Source of the DNA: Balanoglossus misakiensis
Lineage: Eukaryota > Animalia > Hemichordata
Reading direction: 5' to 3'
NCBI GenBank assembly: GCA_040954595.2
Contig: CM082596.2
Location: 9,630,461-9,694,460, forward strand
Length of the DNA stretch: 64,000 nt
Of the stretch, positions 28,101 to 39,385 are shown in pieces. The translations under genes were made by a program, and so were the position numbers. Position 1 is the stretch's first letter. Each line of letters begins with the position of its first letter. The notes under the pieces were generated by a model. The model made no database searches. It was not told the DNA's origin and worked only from the letters and a program-made list of their open reading frames with translations.

Positions 28101-31100
28101 AGATGGTGTTTCAAGCCCTTCACTTTGACATTGGAATATAATGCATAAGTGGATTTAAAGTTGATTGTAAATGCCCAGTTTAATACGTGTCCAAAAGCAC
28201 TGTACTTTGACATTGCTAATGCAACGATGACATTGAATCTGATTCTTTGCATCAGGGTAAATGGCGAAGCAAGCTTGATGATGCATCAGGGTAGATAGTG
28301 ATGCAATCACTACACTTTGACATGGGTATTAAATGCATATGGGGAATTCAAGCTGATGATAAATCCCTGGGTTAATACGTGTCCAAAAGCACTGTACTTT
28401 GACATTGCATATGCAATGGTGACATTGAATGGGATTCTTTGCATTAGGGCAAATGGCGAAGCAAGCTCAATGATGCATCAGAGTAGATGGTGATGCAAAC
28501 TCTGCACTTTCACATGGGTATTTAATGTTAAATGTAAATCCATAGGTTAATACGTGGCCAAAAGCACTCTAATTTGACAGTGCTAATGAAACGATGACAT
28601 TGAATCTGATTATTTGCATCAGGGCAAATGGCGAAGCAAGGTTGATGATGCATCAGGGTAGATAGTGATGCAATCACTTCACTTTGACATGGATATTAAA
28701 TGCATATGGGGATTTCAAGTTGATGATAAATCCCTGGGTTAATACGTGTCCAAAAGCACTGTACTTTGACATTGCTAAAGTAACGATGACATTGAATCTG
28801 ATTCTTTGCATCAGGGTAAATGGCGTAGCAAGCTTTATGATGCATCAGGGTAGATAGTGATGCAAGCTCTGCACTTGAACTTGGGTATAAATTGCCTACA
28901 GGGGGATTTAAAGGTGACTGTAAATCCCCAGTTTAATACGTGGCGGAAAGCACTGTACTTTGACATTGCTAATGCAATGGTGACATTGAATGTAATTCTT
29001 TGCGTTAGGGCAAATGGCGAAGCAAGCTCAATGATGCATCAGAGTAGATGGTGATGCAAACACTTCACTTTGACATGGGTATTAAATGCATATGGGGATT
29101 TCAAGTTGTTGAAAAATCCGTAGGTTAATACGTGGCGGAAAGCACTGTACTTTGACATTGCTAATGCAATGGTTCCATTGAATGTGATTCTTTGCATTAG
29201 GGCAAATGGCGAAGCAAGCTTTATGATGCATCAGAGTAGATGGTGATGCAAGCTCTGCACTTTGACATTGGTTTTCAATGCATATGCATGGGTATTTAAA
29301 GTTGACTGTAAATCCCTGGGTTAATACATGGCCAAAAGCACTGTAATTGCTAATGCAACAGTGATTTTAATTCTGATCTTTTGCATCAGGATAAAAGGCG
29401 AAGCAAGCTTGATGATGCATCTGGGAAGATGGTGTTTCAAGCCCTTCACTTTGACATTGGAATATAATGCATAAGTGGATTTAAAGTTGATTGTAAATGC
29501 CCAGTTTAATATGTGTCCAAAAGCACTGTACTTTAACATTGCTAATGCAACGATGACATTGAATCTGATTCTTTGCATCAGGGTAAATGGCGAAGCAAGG
29601 TTGATGATGCATCAGGGTAGATAGTGATGCAAGCTCTGCACTTTGACATGGGTATTTAATGTTAAATGTAAATCCATAGGTTAATACGTGGCCAAAAGCA
29701 CTCTAATTTGATATTGCTAATGCAACGATGACATTGAATCTGATTATTTGCATCAGGGCAAATGGCGAAGCAAGGTTGATGATGCATCAGGGTAGATAGT
29801 GATGCAATCACTTCACTTTGACATGGGTATTAAATGCATATGGGGATTTCAAGTTGATGATAAATCCCTGGGTTAATACGTGTCCAAAAGCACTGTACTT
29901 TGACATTGCTAATGTAACGATGACATTGAATCTGATTCTTTGCATCAGGGTAAATGGCGTAGCAAGCTTTATGATGCATCAGGGTAGATAGTGATGCAAA
30001 CACTTCACTTTGACATGGGTATTAAATGCATATGGGGATTTCAAGTAGATGATAAATCCCTGGGTTAATACGTGTCCTAAAGCACTGTACTTTGACATTG
30101 CTAATGCAACGATGACATTGAATCTGATTCTTTGCATCAGGGTAAATGGCGAAGCAAGGTTGATGATGCATCAGGGTAGATAGTGATGCAAGCTCTGCAC
30201 TCGAACTTGGGTATAAAATGCCTACAGGGGGATTTAAAGGAGACTGTAAATCCCCAGTTTAATACGTGGCGGAAAGCACTGTACTTTGACATTGCTAATG
30301 CAATGGTGACATTGAATGTAATTCTTTGCGTTAGGGCAAATGGCGAAGCAAGCTCAATGATGCATCAGAGTAGATGGTGATGCAAACACTTCACTTTGAC
30401 ATGGGTATTAAATGCATATGGGGATTTCAAGTTGTTGAAAAATCCGTAGGTTAATACGTGGCGGAAAGCACTGTACTTTGACATTGCTAATGCAATGGTG
30501 CCATTGAATGTGATTCTTTGCATTAGGGCAAATGGCGAAGCAAGCTTTATGATGCATCAGAGTAGATGGTGATGCAAGCTCTGCACTTTGACATAGGTTT
30601 TCAATGCATATGCATGGGTATTTAAAATTGACTGTAAATCCCTGGGTTAATACATGGCCAAAAGCACTGTAATTGCTAATGCAACAGTGATTTTAATTCT
30701 GATCTTTTGCATCAGAGTAAAAGGCAAAGCAAGCTTGATGATGCATCTGGGAAGATGGTGTTTCAAGCCCTTCACTTTGACATTGGAATATAATGCATAA
30801 GTGGATTTAAAGTTGATTGTAAATGCCCAGTTTAATACGTGTCCAAAAGCACTGTACTTTGACATTGCTAATGCAACGATGACATTGAATCTGATTCTTT
30901 GCATCAGGGTAAATGGCGAAGCAAGCTTGATGATGCATCAGGGTAGATAGTGATGCAATCACTACACTTTGACATGGGTATTAAATGCATATGGGGATTT
31001 CAAGCTGATGATAAATCCCTGGGTTAATACGTGTCCAAAAGCACTGTAATTTGACATTTCTAATGCAATGGTGACATTGGATGTGATTCTTTGCATTAGG

Positions 31101-31565
31101 GCAAATGGCGAAGCAAGCTCAATGATGCATCAGAGTAGATGGTGATGCAAACTCTGCACTTTCACATGGGTATTTAAAGTTGTCTGTAAATCCATAGGTT
31201 AATACTTGGCCAAAAGCACTCTAATTTGACATTGCTAATGCAACGATGACATTGAATCTGATTCTTTGCATCAGGGCAAATGGCAAAGCAAGGTTGATGA
31301 TGCATCAGGGTAGATAGTGATGCAATCACTTCACTTTGACATGGGTATTAAATGCATATGTGGATTTCAAGTTGATTGTAAATGCCCAGTTTAATACGTG
31401 TCCAAATGCACTGTACTTCGACATTGCTAATGCAACGATGACATTGAATCTGATTCTTTGCATCAGGGCAAATGGCGAACCAAGCTCAATGATGCATCAG
31501 AGTAGATGGTGATGCAAGCTCTGCACTTTGACATAGGTATTTAATGCATATGCATGGGTATTTAA
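7128..31565. repeat. Satellite DNA array of 175-, 192- and 194-bp monomer variants with higher-order repeats
   Basis: Continuous head-to-tail repeats of gtgatgcaa..cactttgacatgggtat..gggttaatacgtg..gcatcagggtagata. Monomer spacings counted directly (8620-8814 = 194; 13191-13366 = 175). Recurring ORF-track offsets of 561, 947, 963, 1139, 1326, 1520 and 1877 bp. Confidence 0.98.
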
Positions 31566-32360
31566 GATGGGTCCCCTGGTTCTTTTTGCTCATTGCTATG
31601 GGCCTTTGTAGGACATTACACCCCGATTTGGGCTAAGCCGTTTTCAGTGTCTAACACGGGGCCGGTAACTAGTTAAAAATCTGCACGATTGTGAGCGCGC
31701 GCCCCCTGACGCCATTGATATGCAAATTAGCTAGGTCAAATTTCAAAAGCCTAAGGCTTTTTATTCCGTGACCTCAAAAACGAACTTGATACGTATTCAT
31801 TAGTTGCTTGAACCAGGGAAGATCGTGACGGATTTTGATTTCGAATATTATCGTTGTATCCTACGATTTCAGCATACCCGTACCACACCTGAAAAAGTCA
31901 TCGATTTTGGGTGATTTTGGACACACTCTTCCACCGGTATCGCTTCTTAGCACGACGAAAACCGAAAAAATTATCCGTCACACTGTGCGGAAGTGCGTTC
32001 TCAACAAGCAGGTCAAATTTGACTGGCGTACGTGGCCTATGAAAAAAGCCTTAGGGATTTTCGTGAACGGTACAAAATCTCTGTGTACAAAACATTGGAT
32101 TTTTAGCGTTCGATCCAGTTACTCTGGTTACAGGACACGCACGCCATCGCTGACCGCTGCTTTGCCGTATTAGCGTGGCGGCCTATGACCGGGCGGTAGC
32201 TGCTGTAAACATACTCGGACAGGGGGTGTGCACACAATCGTGTGTATTTTTAACAAGTTACAAGCCCCTTGTCGGACGTTCATAACGGTTTCGATCAAAA
32301 TTGAGTGTAGTGTCCCATAAAGGCCCATAGCAACGAGCAAAAAGATACGGGGGACCCATC
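31566..32360. mobile_element. Non-autonomous DNA transposon (Kolobok-type MITE, 795 bp)
   Basis: ~65-bp imperfect TIRs (gatgggtcccc..ctttttgctc.ttgctatgggccttt / aaaggcccatagcaacgagcaaaaag..ggggacccatc). TTAA on both sides (31562-65, 32361-64). RR..YY termini fit Kolobok rather than piggyBac. Confidence 0.85.
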
Positions 32361-32412
32361 TTAAAGCATGTTGAGATTTATCGTGTAATGTGCTATATAA
32401 GTAATAAATATT

Positions 32413-32528
32413 GTGTACAATAACACTTGTTTTATTGGAGTTTAAATGGAGCTGGGATCGGGGATGTGGGAGTTGGTCCTGGGACGAGGCTACCTCGTGG
32501 TTTTTTGCCCAGACGGACAGCGGACATT
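32413..32528 (+). repeat. Split direct repeat A1 (partner A2 at 36347-36463)
   Basis: gtgtacaataacacttg...cagcggacatt, near-identical in both copies. Confidence 0.95.
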
Positions 32529-32600
32529 TTGTATGTCGCTCGCCGAAACTGCTTTAATTTCGATCTTTCCCGGACATACCCCCAATAGTCACCAGTTACA

Positions 32601-33590
32601 ATGTCAGAAGATTACAGCTTTGTTGAATGATGTGAAGCGGCGGGTCTTTCAAAAGACACTATCAGCTCTCTAACCACCTCCCAGGTCACATCCTCCGAAG
32701 TACTGTAGTGCCTCAGCGACCAAGACATTGTCGACCTACAACTACACATCGGTCAACATGGACTGCTTCGCCAGTTGCGAAACAAACTATGCTCTCAAAA
32801 AGCGGAATCCAAGCCCGTGGACACGCCGAAGCCCGCCGGCGAGGCCACCAAAGAGGTAACCACACAAGACTTGGCAAAAAACAAGGCACTGAATGAGCTC
32901 CTCGAAGCCCTAGGCAACGATGCCCTCAAAGACGTCCTGTCCGACCAACCACAGGCCACAAACGCAAAGCCAGCCCCCGGGAAAGGTGAGCGAAAACCCC
33001 TACTAATTCCGGACTATGTCACCACGAAAAAGGGTTCGTTCGATCAACCAGACGAAACTGAACTGGCCGCTGACGGAGACACAAAATTAGTTATGCGAAC
33101 AGCAAAACAACGACCGCGACCGGACCAAGTTTCACTGCCACAGTGGATATCAGCCAATGCCCGCATTTTAAAGGCACTGATCGCCCGCGGTATGTCCACG
33201 GAAGAGACACTGGCATATCTCGATCATACAATTAATATTGGTGACTACGCTCAATCATTCACAATCCCATCGGTCCTGACTTACGATCACGAGTGCAGGA
33301 AAAAGCAGGCTGCCGATTCGCTCGCGTGGGGAGCCGTAGACCTTCACCTGTCACTCTATCACCTTGATGAGCGGCAAGTCGCGCCTCAGCAAAAAGGGAA
33401 AAATACCACAGGCAACTCCAAAGGTCGCAGTTATGATTCGAAAGGCTAGGAAATTTGCTTCGATTTCCAAAACCCACCGGGCTGCAACCGCACCTACTGT
33501 CGTTTTGCGCACATATGCATCGAGGACGGGTGCCACAAAGATCACCCACAACACCGCCACAAATCGCTAACTTCGAACAATCATGCCTAG
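32601..33590 (+). pseudogene. gag: Ngaro gag-like ORF1 with SAM-like N-terminus and C-terminal CCCH zinc finger; three premature stops
   Basis: Single frame from ATG 32601 with stops at 32628, 32706 and 33447. After the last stop the frame reads EICFDFQNPPGCNRTYCRFAHICIEDGCHKDH (C-x8-C-x4-C-x3-H). Confidence 0.8.
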
Positions 33591-35390
33591 GATAAGGTTG
33601 CTAGCCCTCTTACTGATCACCTGGCAACGTGGAATGATGAACTGGAAAATGACATGGATCGCGACTTCATACTCAACGGTTTAAAATTTGGTTTCGATAT
33701 CATTACCCCTGGTACCCCCCTTCAAAACGTGGACAGAAAAAACTATGCGTCATGCTCTGACCCTGCTAATCGCAAGGCAGTCGAGGAACAAATTATCCAT
33801 GAGGTTGATGTGGGTAATTACCGTGTCACAGCGGAGAAGCCTCAAATAATTAGCAGTTTAGGTGCCATCCCCAAGAAAAACTCTGACAAAGTCAGACTCA
33901 TACACGACTGCAGCCGCCCAGTAGGAGGCGGTGTCAACGCGTACGCTTCTACTTCAACTTTTAAATATGAAACTATAGATCACGCGGTGCAACTGTGCAA
34001 AGTTGGTTCATATCTCGCGAAAGTGGACTTGAAGTCAGCGTACCGTTCGGTCCCTATAAGCACGGACTCGCAGCGAGCTACAGGTCTCCGCTACAAATTT
34101 TCAGGACAGAATACCTCTACTTATATGGTGGACACCAGGCTACCATTCGGGGCAGCCAAAAGCCCAGAAATTTTCACCCGCATAACGCAAAGCGTCACCA
34201 GAATGATGTGCAGAAAAGGGTACCAGGCGGTAATTGTTTATCTTGATGATTTTCTGATTATAGCGGACTCCAAATTTGCTTGCGAGCAAGCATTTCTGGC
34301 TTTATTACAACTTTTACAGAACCTTGGCTTCACAATAAACTGGGACAAAGTGGTAAACCCAACACAGCAGCTGACATTTCTTGGCATAGAGATAAATGCA
34401 CGCACACAGACGCTTTCCCTCAATAAGGGCAAATTACAGGACTTGAGCGACCTTTTGCAACACTGGCTTCCTAAGCGGCGAACAACCAAACGCGAACTCC
34501 AACAACTACTTGGCAAACTCAACTGGGCAGCACGGGTTATTCGCGGCGGACGCACATTTTTGAGACGTCTTATTGACTTGTCAAACTCAGTTTCACAGCA
34601 GTCTCATCACATACGCCTTCACAGGCACGCGAGAGCGGACATCCAATGGTGGACAAATCTGAGCAAAGTTTTCAATGGTACGGCTTTCTTCATAGAGGAG
34701 ACTCCGTTGCCCCAACAGGTTTTCACCACTGATGCATGCGCAATAGCGGGAGCAGGTATTTTCGCGAATGACTGGTTTTATACACAGTGGTCGGCCGACC
34801 ACCCTATCTTGGCAGACATGCACATCAACTTACAGGAACTGTATACAGTCCTGATTGCATGCAGGCGATGGTGTTGTTTCTGGGACAAACGCCACATAGT
34901 GGTATATACAGACAATACCACAACCATGTACGCCATTAACTCTGGTACATCCCGCAACAAAGCGGCTATGGAATGGCTTCGCGAGTTGTTCTGGCTGTCG
35001 GCACTATTTAATTTCCACATCACAGCCCGATACGTGAGCACCAAGGACAACAGCGCAGACTCCTTATCGCGTTTACACTCTGCCAAACACTACTTCACAG
35101 CAGTGAACCTTCTCGCCAATCACCAGCTACACCCGCTAAGAGATTGGTATCGCCATATGACGGATGCTTCTTACTCTCTTCTACTTCAGGGCCTGTGCAG
35201 CAACAGTTACACCAGCTGGATATGGACATCGGCAAATACAAGCACGCAGCATATGCAGAATCAACAAAGAAAACATACAGCTCTCAACGTACTGCCTACC
35301 TCCGGTTTTGTCTCTACTTCGGCCTCAGGCCTGTGCCTTGCACGCAACTCACCGCCTGCAGATACATTGTCTTCCTGGCTCGGTCACTAA
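33591..35390 (+). CDS. pol: Reverse transcriptase / RNase H (DIRS-Ngaro type)
   Basis: RT motifs LIHDCS, KVDLKSAYR, LPFG..SP, YLDDF. RNase H motifs FTTDA, HINLQEL, YTDN, ADSLSR. The frame is open from 33591; the first ATG is at 33654. Confidence 0.93.
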   Translation, partial: DKVASPLTDHLATWNDELENDMDRDFILNGLKFGFDIITPGTPLQNVDRKNYASCSDPANRKAVEEQIIHEVDVGNYRVTAEKPQIISSLGAIPKKNSDKVRLIHDCSRPVGGGVNAYASTSTFKYETIDHAVQLCKVGSYLAKVDLKSAYRSVPISTDSQRATGLRYKFSGQNTSTYMVDTRLPFGAAKSPEIFTRITQSVTRMMCRKGYQAVIVYLDDFLIIADSKFACEQAFLALLQLLQNLGFTINWDKVVNPTQQLTFLGIEINARTQTLSLNKGKLQDLSDLLQHWLPKRRTTKRELQQLLGKLNWAARVIRGGRTFLRRLIDLSNSVSQQSHHIRLHRHARADIQWWTNLSKVFNGTAFFIEETPLPQQVFTTDACAIAGAGIFANDWFYTQWSADHPILADMHINLQELYTVLIACRRWCCFWDKRHIVVYTDNTTTMYAINSGTSRNKAAMEWLRELFWLSALFNFHITARYVSTKDNSADSLSRLHSAKHYFTAVNLLANHQLHPLRDWYRHMTDASYSLLLQGLCSNSYTSWIWTSANTSTQHMQNQQRKHTALNVLPTSGFVSTSASGLCLARNSPPADTLSSWLGH

Positions 35391-36188
35391 AACCTAGCAG
35401 CCTCCCAGGATATTTGAATATTATTAGACTCTTACATGATGAAGCTGGCTACGCCAACCCTTTAGAGAACAACTGGCTCCTTTGTATTTTGAAGCGGGGC
35501 ATAGCTAGGACTCACAGGGTCCCACCCAGCCAAAAACTGCCAATCTCGCCTTCAATACTGAAGGACATTCACTCACACCTGGATCTGTCAATCCCCTTCA
35601 ATGCCACATTTTGGTGCGCTTGTCTTTTCGCATTTTTCACCTTCGCCAGAAAGTCCACATTGTTGTTAAAAGATCAAACACTGCCAAATTCCAGTAAGTA
35701 CTTGCGCAGAGATGATGTGTCCGTTCACAACGGTCTGGCTACCATTACGGTCCGCCACACAAAAACTATCCAGTATGGCCAACGAGTACTAGAGTTGCCC
35801 CTTCAACAAATTGCCAACTCCTGCCTATGTCCGGTGGCAGCTTTCCACCAGATGCTTCATCTCTCCCCATCAGAGGAACCTCATACCCATTTATTTTCAT
35901 ATCGACCATCAGCCAATGCACCCACATCCTGCCCTCAGGTTCTCACTCATTCAAAGTTTACAAAAACACTCAGACTAGTCCTGAGCAATTGTGGCTACAA
36001 ACCATCCCTGTATTCGTCATTCATTTCGCAGGGGAGGGGCAACATTTGCGGTGAACTTGGGTATTCCCCCTCTTCTCATCAAATTACAAGGCGACTGGAG
36101 CTCAAATGCCTTCAAACGCTATACTGTCATTTCCTCGGAAACCAAATGTAGAGTCGCCAAATCCCTGGCGTTAGCCTTATCAGATTAG
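35144..36188 (+). pseudogene. Tyrosine recombinase (phage integrase family), frameshifted near 36016
   Basis: AYAESTKKTY, FAFFTFARKS (catalytic R), HTKTIQ and CPV; HSFRRGGAT and GDWSSNAFKRY lie in the shifted frame (35991-36188). Confidence 0.9.
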
Positions 36189-36229
36189 TAAGGGCGCTAG
36201 CACGCACTGCCTGTGTTGGGGGTATTGTT

Positions 36230-36346
36230 TGGCGGTTTTTCAGGCTATTTAGCCGGTCAACATGAGAAATTAAACTAGTTGACCTTTACCCCCAACACTT
36301 GTGTCTGTTTTATTAGTTTGTTAATGATAGTAGTGTTGCCATTTAA
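36230..36346 (+). repeat. Split direct repeat B1 (partner B2 at 36584-36700)
   Basis: tggcggtttttcaggc...gtgttgccatttaa, near-identical in both copies; B1 abuts A2. Confidence 0.95.
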
Positions 36347-36739
36347 GTGTACAATAACACTTGTTTTATTGGAGTTTAAATGGAGCTGGGATCGAGGATG
36401 TGGGAGTTGGTCCTGGGACGAGGCTACCTCGTGGTTTTTTTGCCCAGACGGACAGCGGACATTCCCCACCCTCCCTCCCATTGTTTAAAAAAATACGATA
36501 ATGTTATTAAAAGTTAAGAGCTTTATCGTTAGAAGCGCTTTTAGTGTTACATGCTTCGCCTCTGCATTCTGTAATTCCTGTTCTGGCGGTTTTTCAGGCT
36601 ATTTAGCCGGTCAACATGAGAAATTAAAATAGTTGACCTTTACCCCCAACACTTGTGTCTGTTTTATTAGTTTGTTAGTGATAGTAGTGTTGCCATTTAA
36701 ATATTAATATTATTACATAAACGACACTCTTACTTAGCA

Positions 36740-37930
36740 TAGGAATTGGTCAGGTGAACTATATTTGCAGAGCTGACCAATTGTTTAAGTAAAATTCAAG
36801 TTGGGTAATATGGACGTATTCACATTTACAAACTGTGCTATGTATGGGATAGTGATGTTGCCTAATTTGAACGTCTCCACATTTACTTGAATTCTAGTAG
36901 TAGCTAAACAAGGCTGCCTATAAAAAGATCATTGTGAAACATACACAACACTTTTATTGAGCATGGGAAATGTTAATGAGAACTGTGTTCTCGGAGCTCA
37001 CAAACAGTGTTATGGGAAATTCAAGCTGCTAAACTTGCATGTCTCTACATTTACTGAAATTCTGATTATGAGCTAAATAAGGCAATGTATGGGAATGTCA
37101 TTTTACCGCATACTGTCACACAACATTTCTATTTAGCATGGGAAATAGTCTTAAGAACAGTATTCTCAGAGTTGACAAACTGTGTTATGTGTAGGATATT
37201 CAAGTTGCCTAATTGACAATTGTTAGCAACCAGTTGTCTTCAAGAAGGTTTGGGGCACCAACCTCAACGTGCTTTATTCTCACTACATTTAGGTACCCAG
37301 GTATGCTAGATGGTTTTAGTGATCTATAAAGTTACCTTGTATATTGAGCAACTGTTTACTTGGAGTGTTGCTCAATGATAGGAAAGTCCTTTGTTCATTT
37401 TCAAAGTGAAAACCAAAAATGTGAACAAAACACACTGAGTTATGTACGGGATATTGATGTTGCCTAATTTGCATGTCTCCACATTTACTTAAACTCTAAA
37501 AGGGAGACAAATGTCGCAGCAGAGGGAAAATAATTATGCCACACGCAACACATTTATTGAGCATGGGAAATGTTCATGAGAACTGTCTTATGAGAATTCT
37601 CAGGGCTCACAAACTGTGTTATAGGAAATCTGACAAGGAATCCAAACTGTAACACATACACAACATTGTTATTTAGCCTGGGAAATGGTCCTGAGAACAA
37701 TATTCTCAGAGTTGACAAACTGTGTTATGTGCATTATATTGATGTTGTCTAATTTGTACGCCTGTACATTTATTAATACTCTTACAGTGAGCTTAATAAC
37801 GCAGCGCCGGCTAAGGTCATGTTGCCACATGTTGCCAAATGTACACAACATTTTTAATTAGCATAGGTAATGGTCATGATAACTTCATTTGCAGAGCTGT
37901 CAAACTGTGTTATGTGAAATTCATGTTGCC
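36740..37930. repeat. Old degenerate tandem repeat, ~175-185 bp unit
   Basis: Recurrent gcatgggaaat..gagaac..ttctcagag.tgacaaactgtgttatg..gttgcctaat at ~36960, 37135, 37560, 37675 and 37860. Confidence 0.75.
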
Positions 37931-37974
37931 TTTTTCGTGATGATGGCTTGTGGTACACAAGGGTTAACAGCAAT

Positions 37975-38640
37975 CAGCAATTGCTTGTATGAAGGGTATG
38001 ATGATTGGTTTACAAATGTGAATGGTATAATAATGGGCAACACACGTGGAAGGGTTTAATAAACAGTTAACAAATGTGGTGATGGTTTGCGGTAAAATTG
38101 AGTGTACACAGATTATAATGGGCCAAACAATGAGTATAATAAAGATAATTGCACTGTGCATGTCCCGCACTTTGGCCCCTCACTATTGTATTTTCGACAC
38201 CCTTACATACCTTTTAATGATGGTGAAGGGTTTTATGTGAATGGTGTAATAAAGGTTAAAAAATGTGGTGATAGCTTTGGTGTACAGGCTGTAAATATTG
38301 ATAGTAATGACAAAGGTATAATAATAATAAAAGCTTAAATAAGTGTCGGGGTATACTCATCATGATGGTTCGTTCATTGGTTAATGTGTATATTTTATGA
38401 ATAACATGCTATTGTTTCTCAGATAGTTCATAATCAGGATTTTTCCATGCACATCGTCATCATGATTCAGTGGAATTCTTCGGAATGGTACCTGTGATCA
38501 TTTTCACGCACCGACACACTGTACGCGGCAGACATGCAGAAAATATTAACACGTAACTCGCACGCATAATGTTAAATCTAAACGACTATATGTTAGGTTA
38601 GCTTCAACTCCCCACCCCATCCAAATTCCACATTTAGCTG
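37975..38640 (+). repeat. Dispersed ~700-bp repeat, copy 2
   Basis: Collinear with 5420-6105, same orientation. Confidence 0.8.
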
Positions 38641-38888
38641 TGAGGTTTTGGGGTAGTACCGATTGGGAAACTTCAAGGTTCATTCACTGTATCAAATATT
38701 GGATTTGTCACACTGTGTCTGCGGTGGGTAAAACATAAAGAAATGTTGTCAGTAAACTTTAACCAGGCAGGTCACATGAAAGGAAGATTTTATCGTTTGA
38801 GTTCGATGACATACATGATAAGATTTGTCACTTTTGACACCTTTTTGCAATTTGACTTAGACGCAGATGTATCTTTTCATTTGGACAC

Positions 38889-39123
38889 TGTTATGTTTAC
38901 TGACTCGGTGAGATCAGGTAACGTTTTGTGTAACTCTTTTAATGAGAAACTTCAACTGGAACACGAACACATTGAACAACTGTACGTTCTGCTAGTACAA
39001 GATGGCAGCCATGAACGCAGGGAAAAAACATGACCTTACAATGTCATATAAACTCTGCTAGAGGGCGCTCTATCAAAGCATTGCATGTGGTATGCTATAG
39101 TGGGTTATAGGCATATCATAACA
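38889..39123 (-). repeat. 3' LTR (235 bp)
   Basis: tgttatg...cataaca; roughly 10 differences from 44493-44723 by eye. Confidence 0.95.
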
Positions 39124-39134
39124 TCCCCCTCCTT
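39124..39134 (-). other. Polypurine tract
   Basis: Minus-strand aaggaggggga immediately before the 3' LTR. Confidence 0.85.
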
Positions 39135-39385
39135 AAGCTGGATAGCAAACTTGTGAAAAGTGTATTACGATAAATGTTCAGACACAGAGTCCATAATGTT
39201 CTATCAACTGAGAGTTCCTATCAGTCTATGAATTCATGCAAACAGTGTTCATTGTAATGTTCAAATAACGCTAAAGTTTTGACACTGGGAATAACACCAA
39301 CACTGTGAAATGTACTGCAAGATTTTCAGCTTTGTGAAATGTTTTAACAAGAATGCAACATCAACAACTAATGGTCTCTGGTGAT

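Larger units (their letters stand above)
32413..36700 (+). mobile_element. Ngaro/PAT-type tyrosine-recombinase (DIRS order) retrotransposon with split direct repeats, full length but decayed
   Basis: A1-gag-RT/RH-YR-B1-A2-B2 layout: A1 32413-32528 = A2 36347-36463; B1 36230-36346 = B2 36584-36700. C-rich tract follows A2. Confidence 0.93.

Noticed and set aside
7629-30904. Dozens of 64-90 aa ORFs (MMQALHFDMG...) resembling a tandem peptide gene family
   Set aside because: They are open frames of the 194-bp satellite monomer. The 192- and 175-bp variants break them, and no domain is recognisable.
32405-36705. Apparent 5-bp TSD (atatt) around the Ngaro element
   Set aside because: The flanks are very AT-rich and YR elements normally make no TSD, so this cannot be distinguished from chance.
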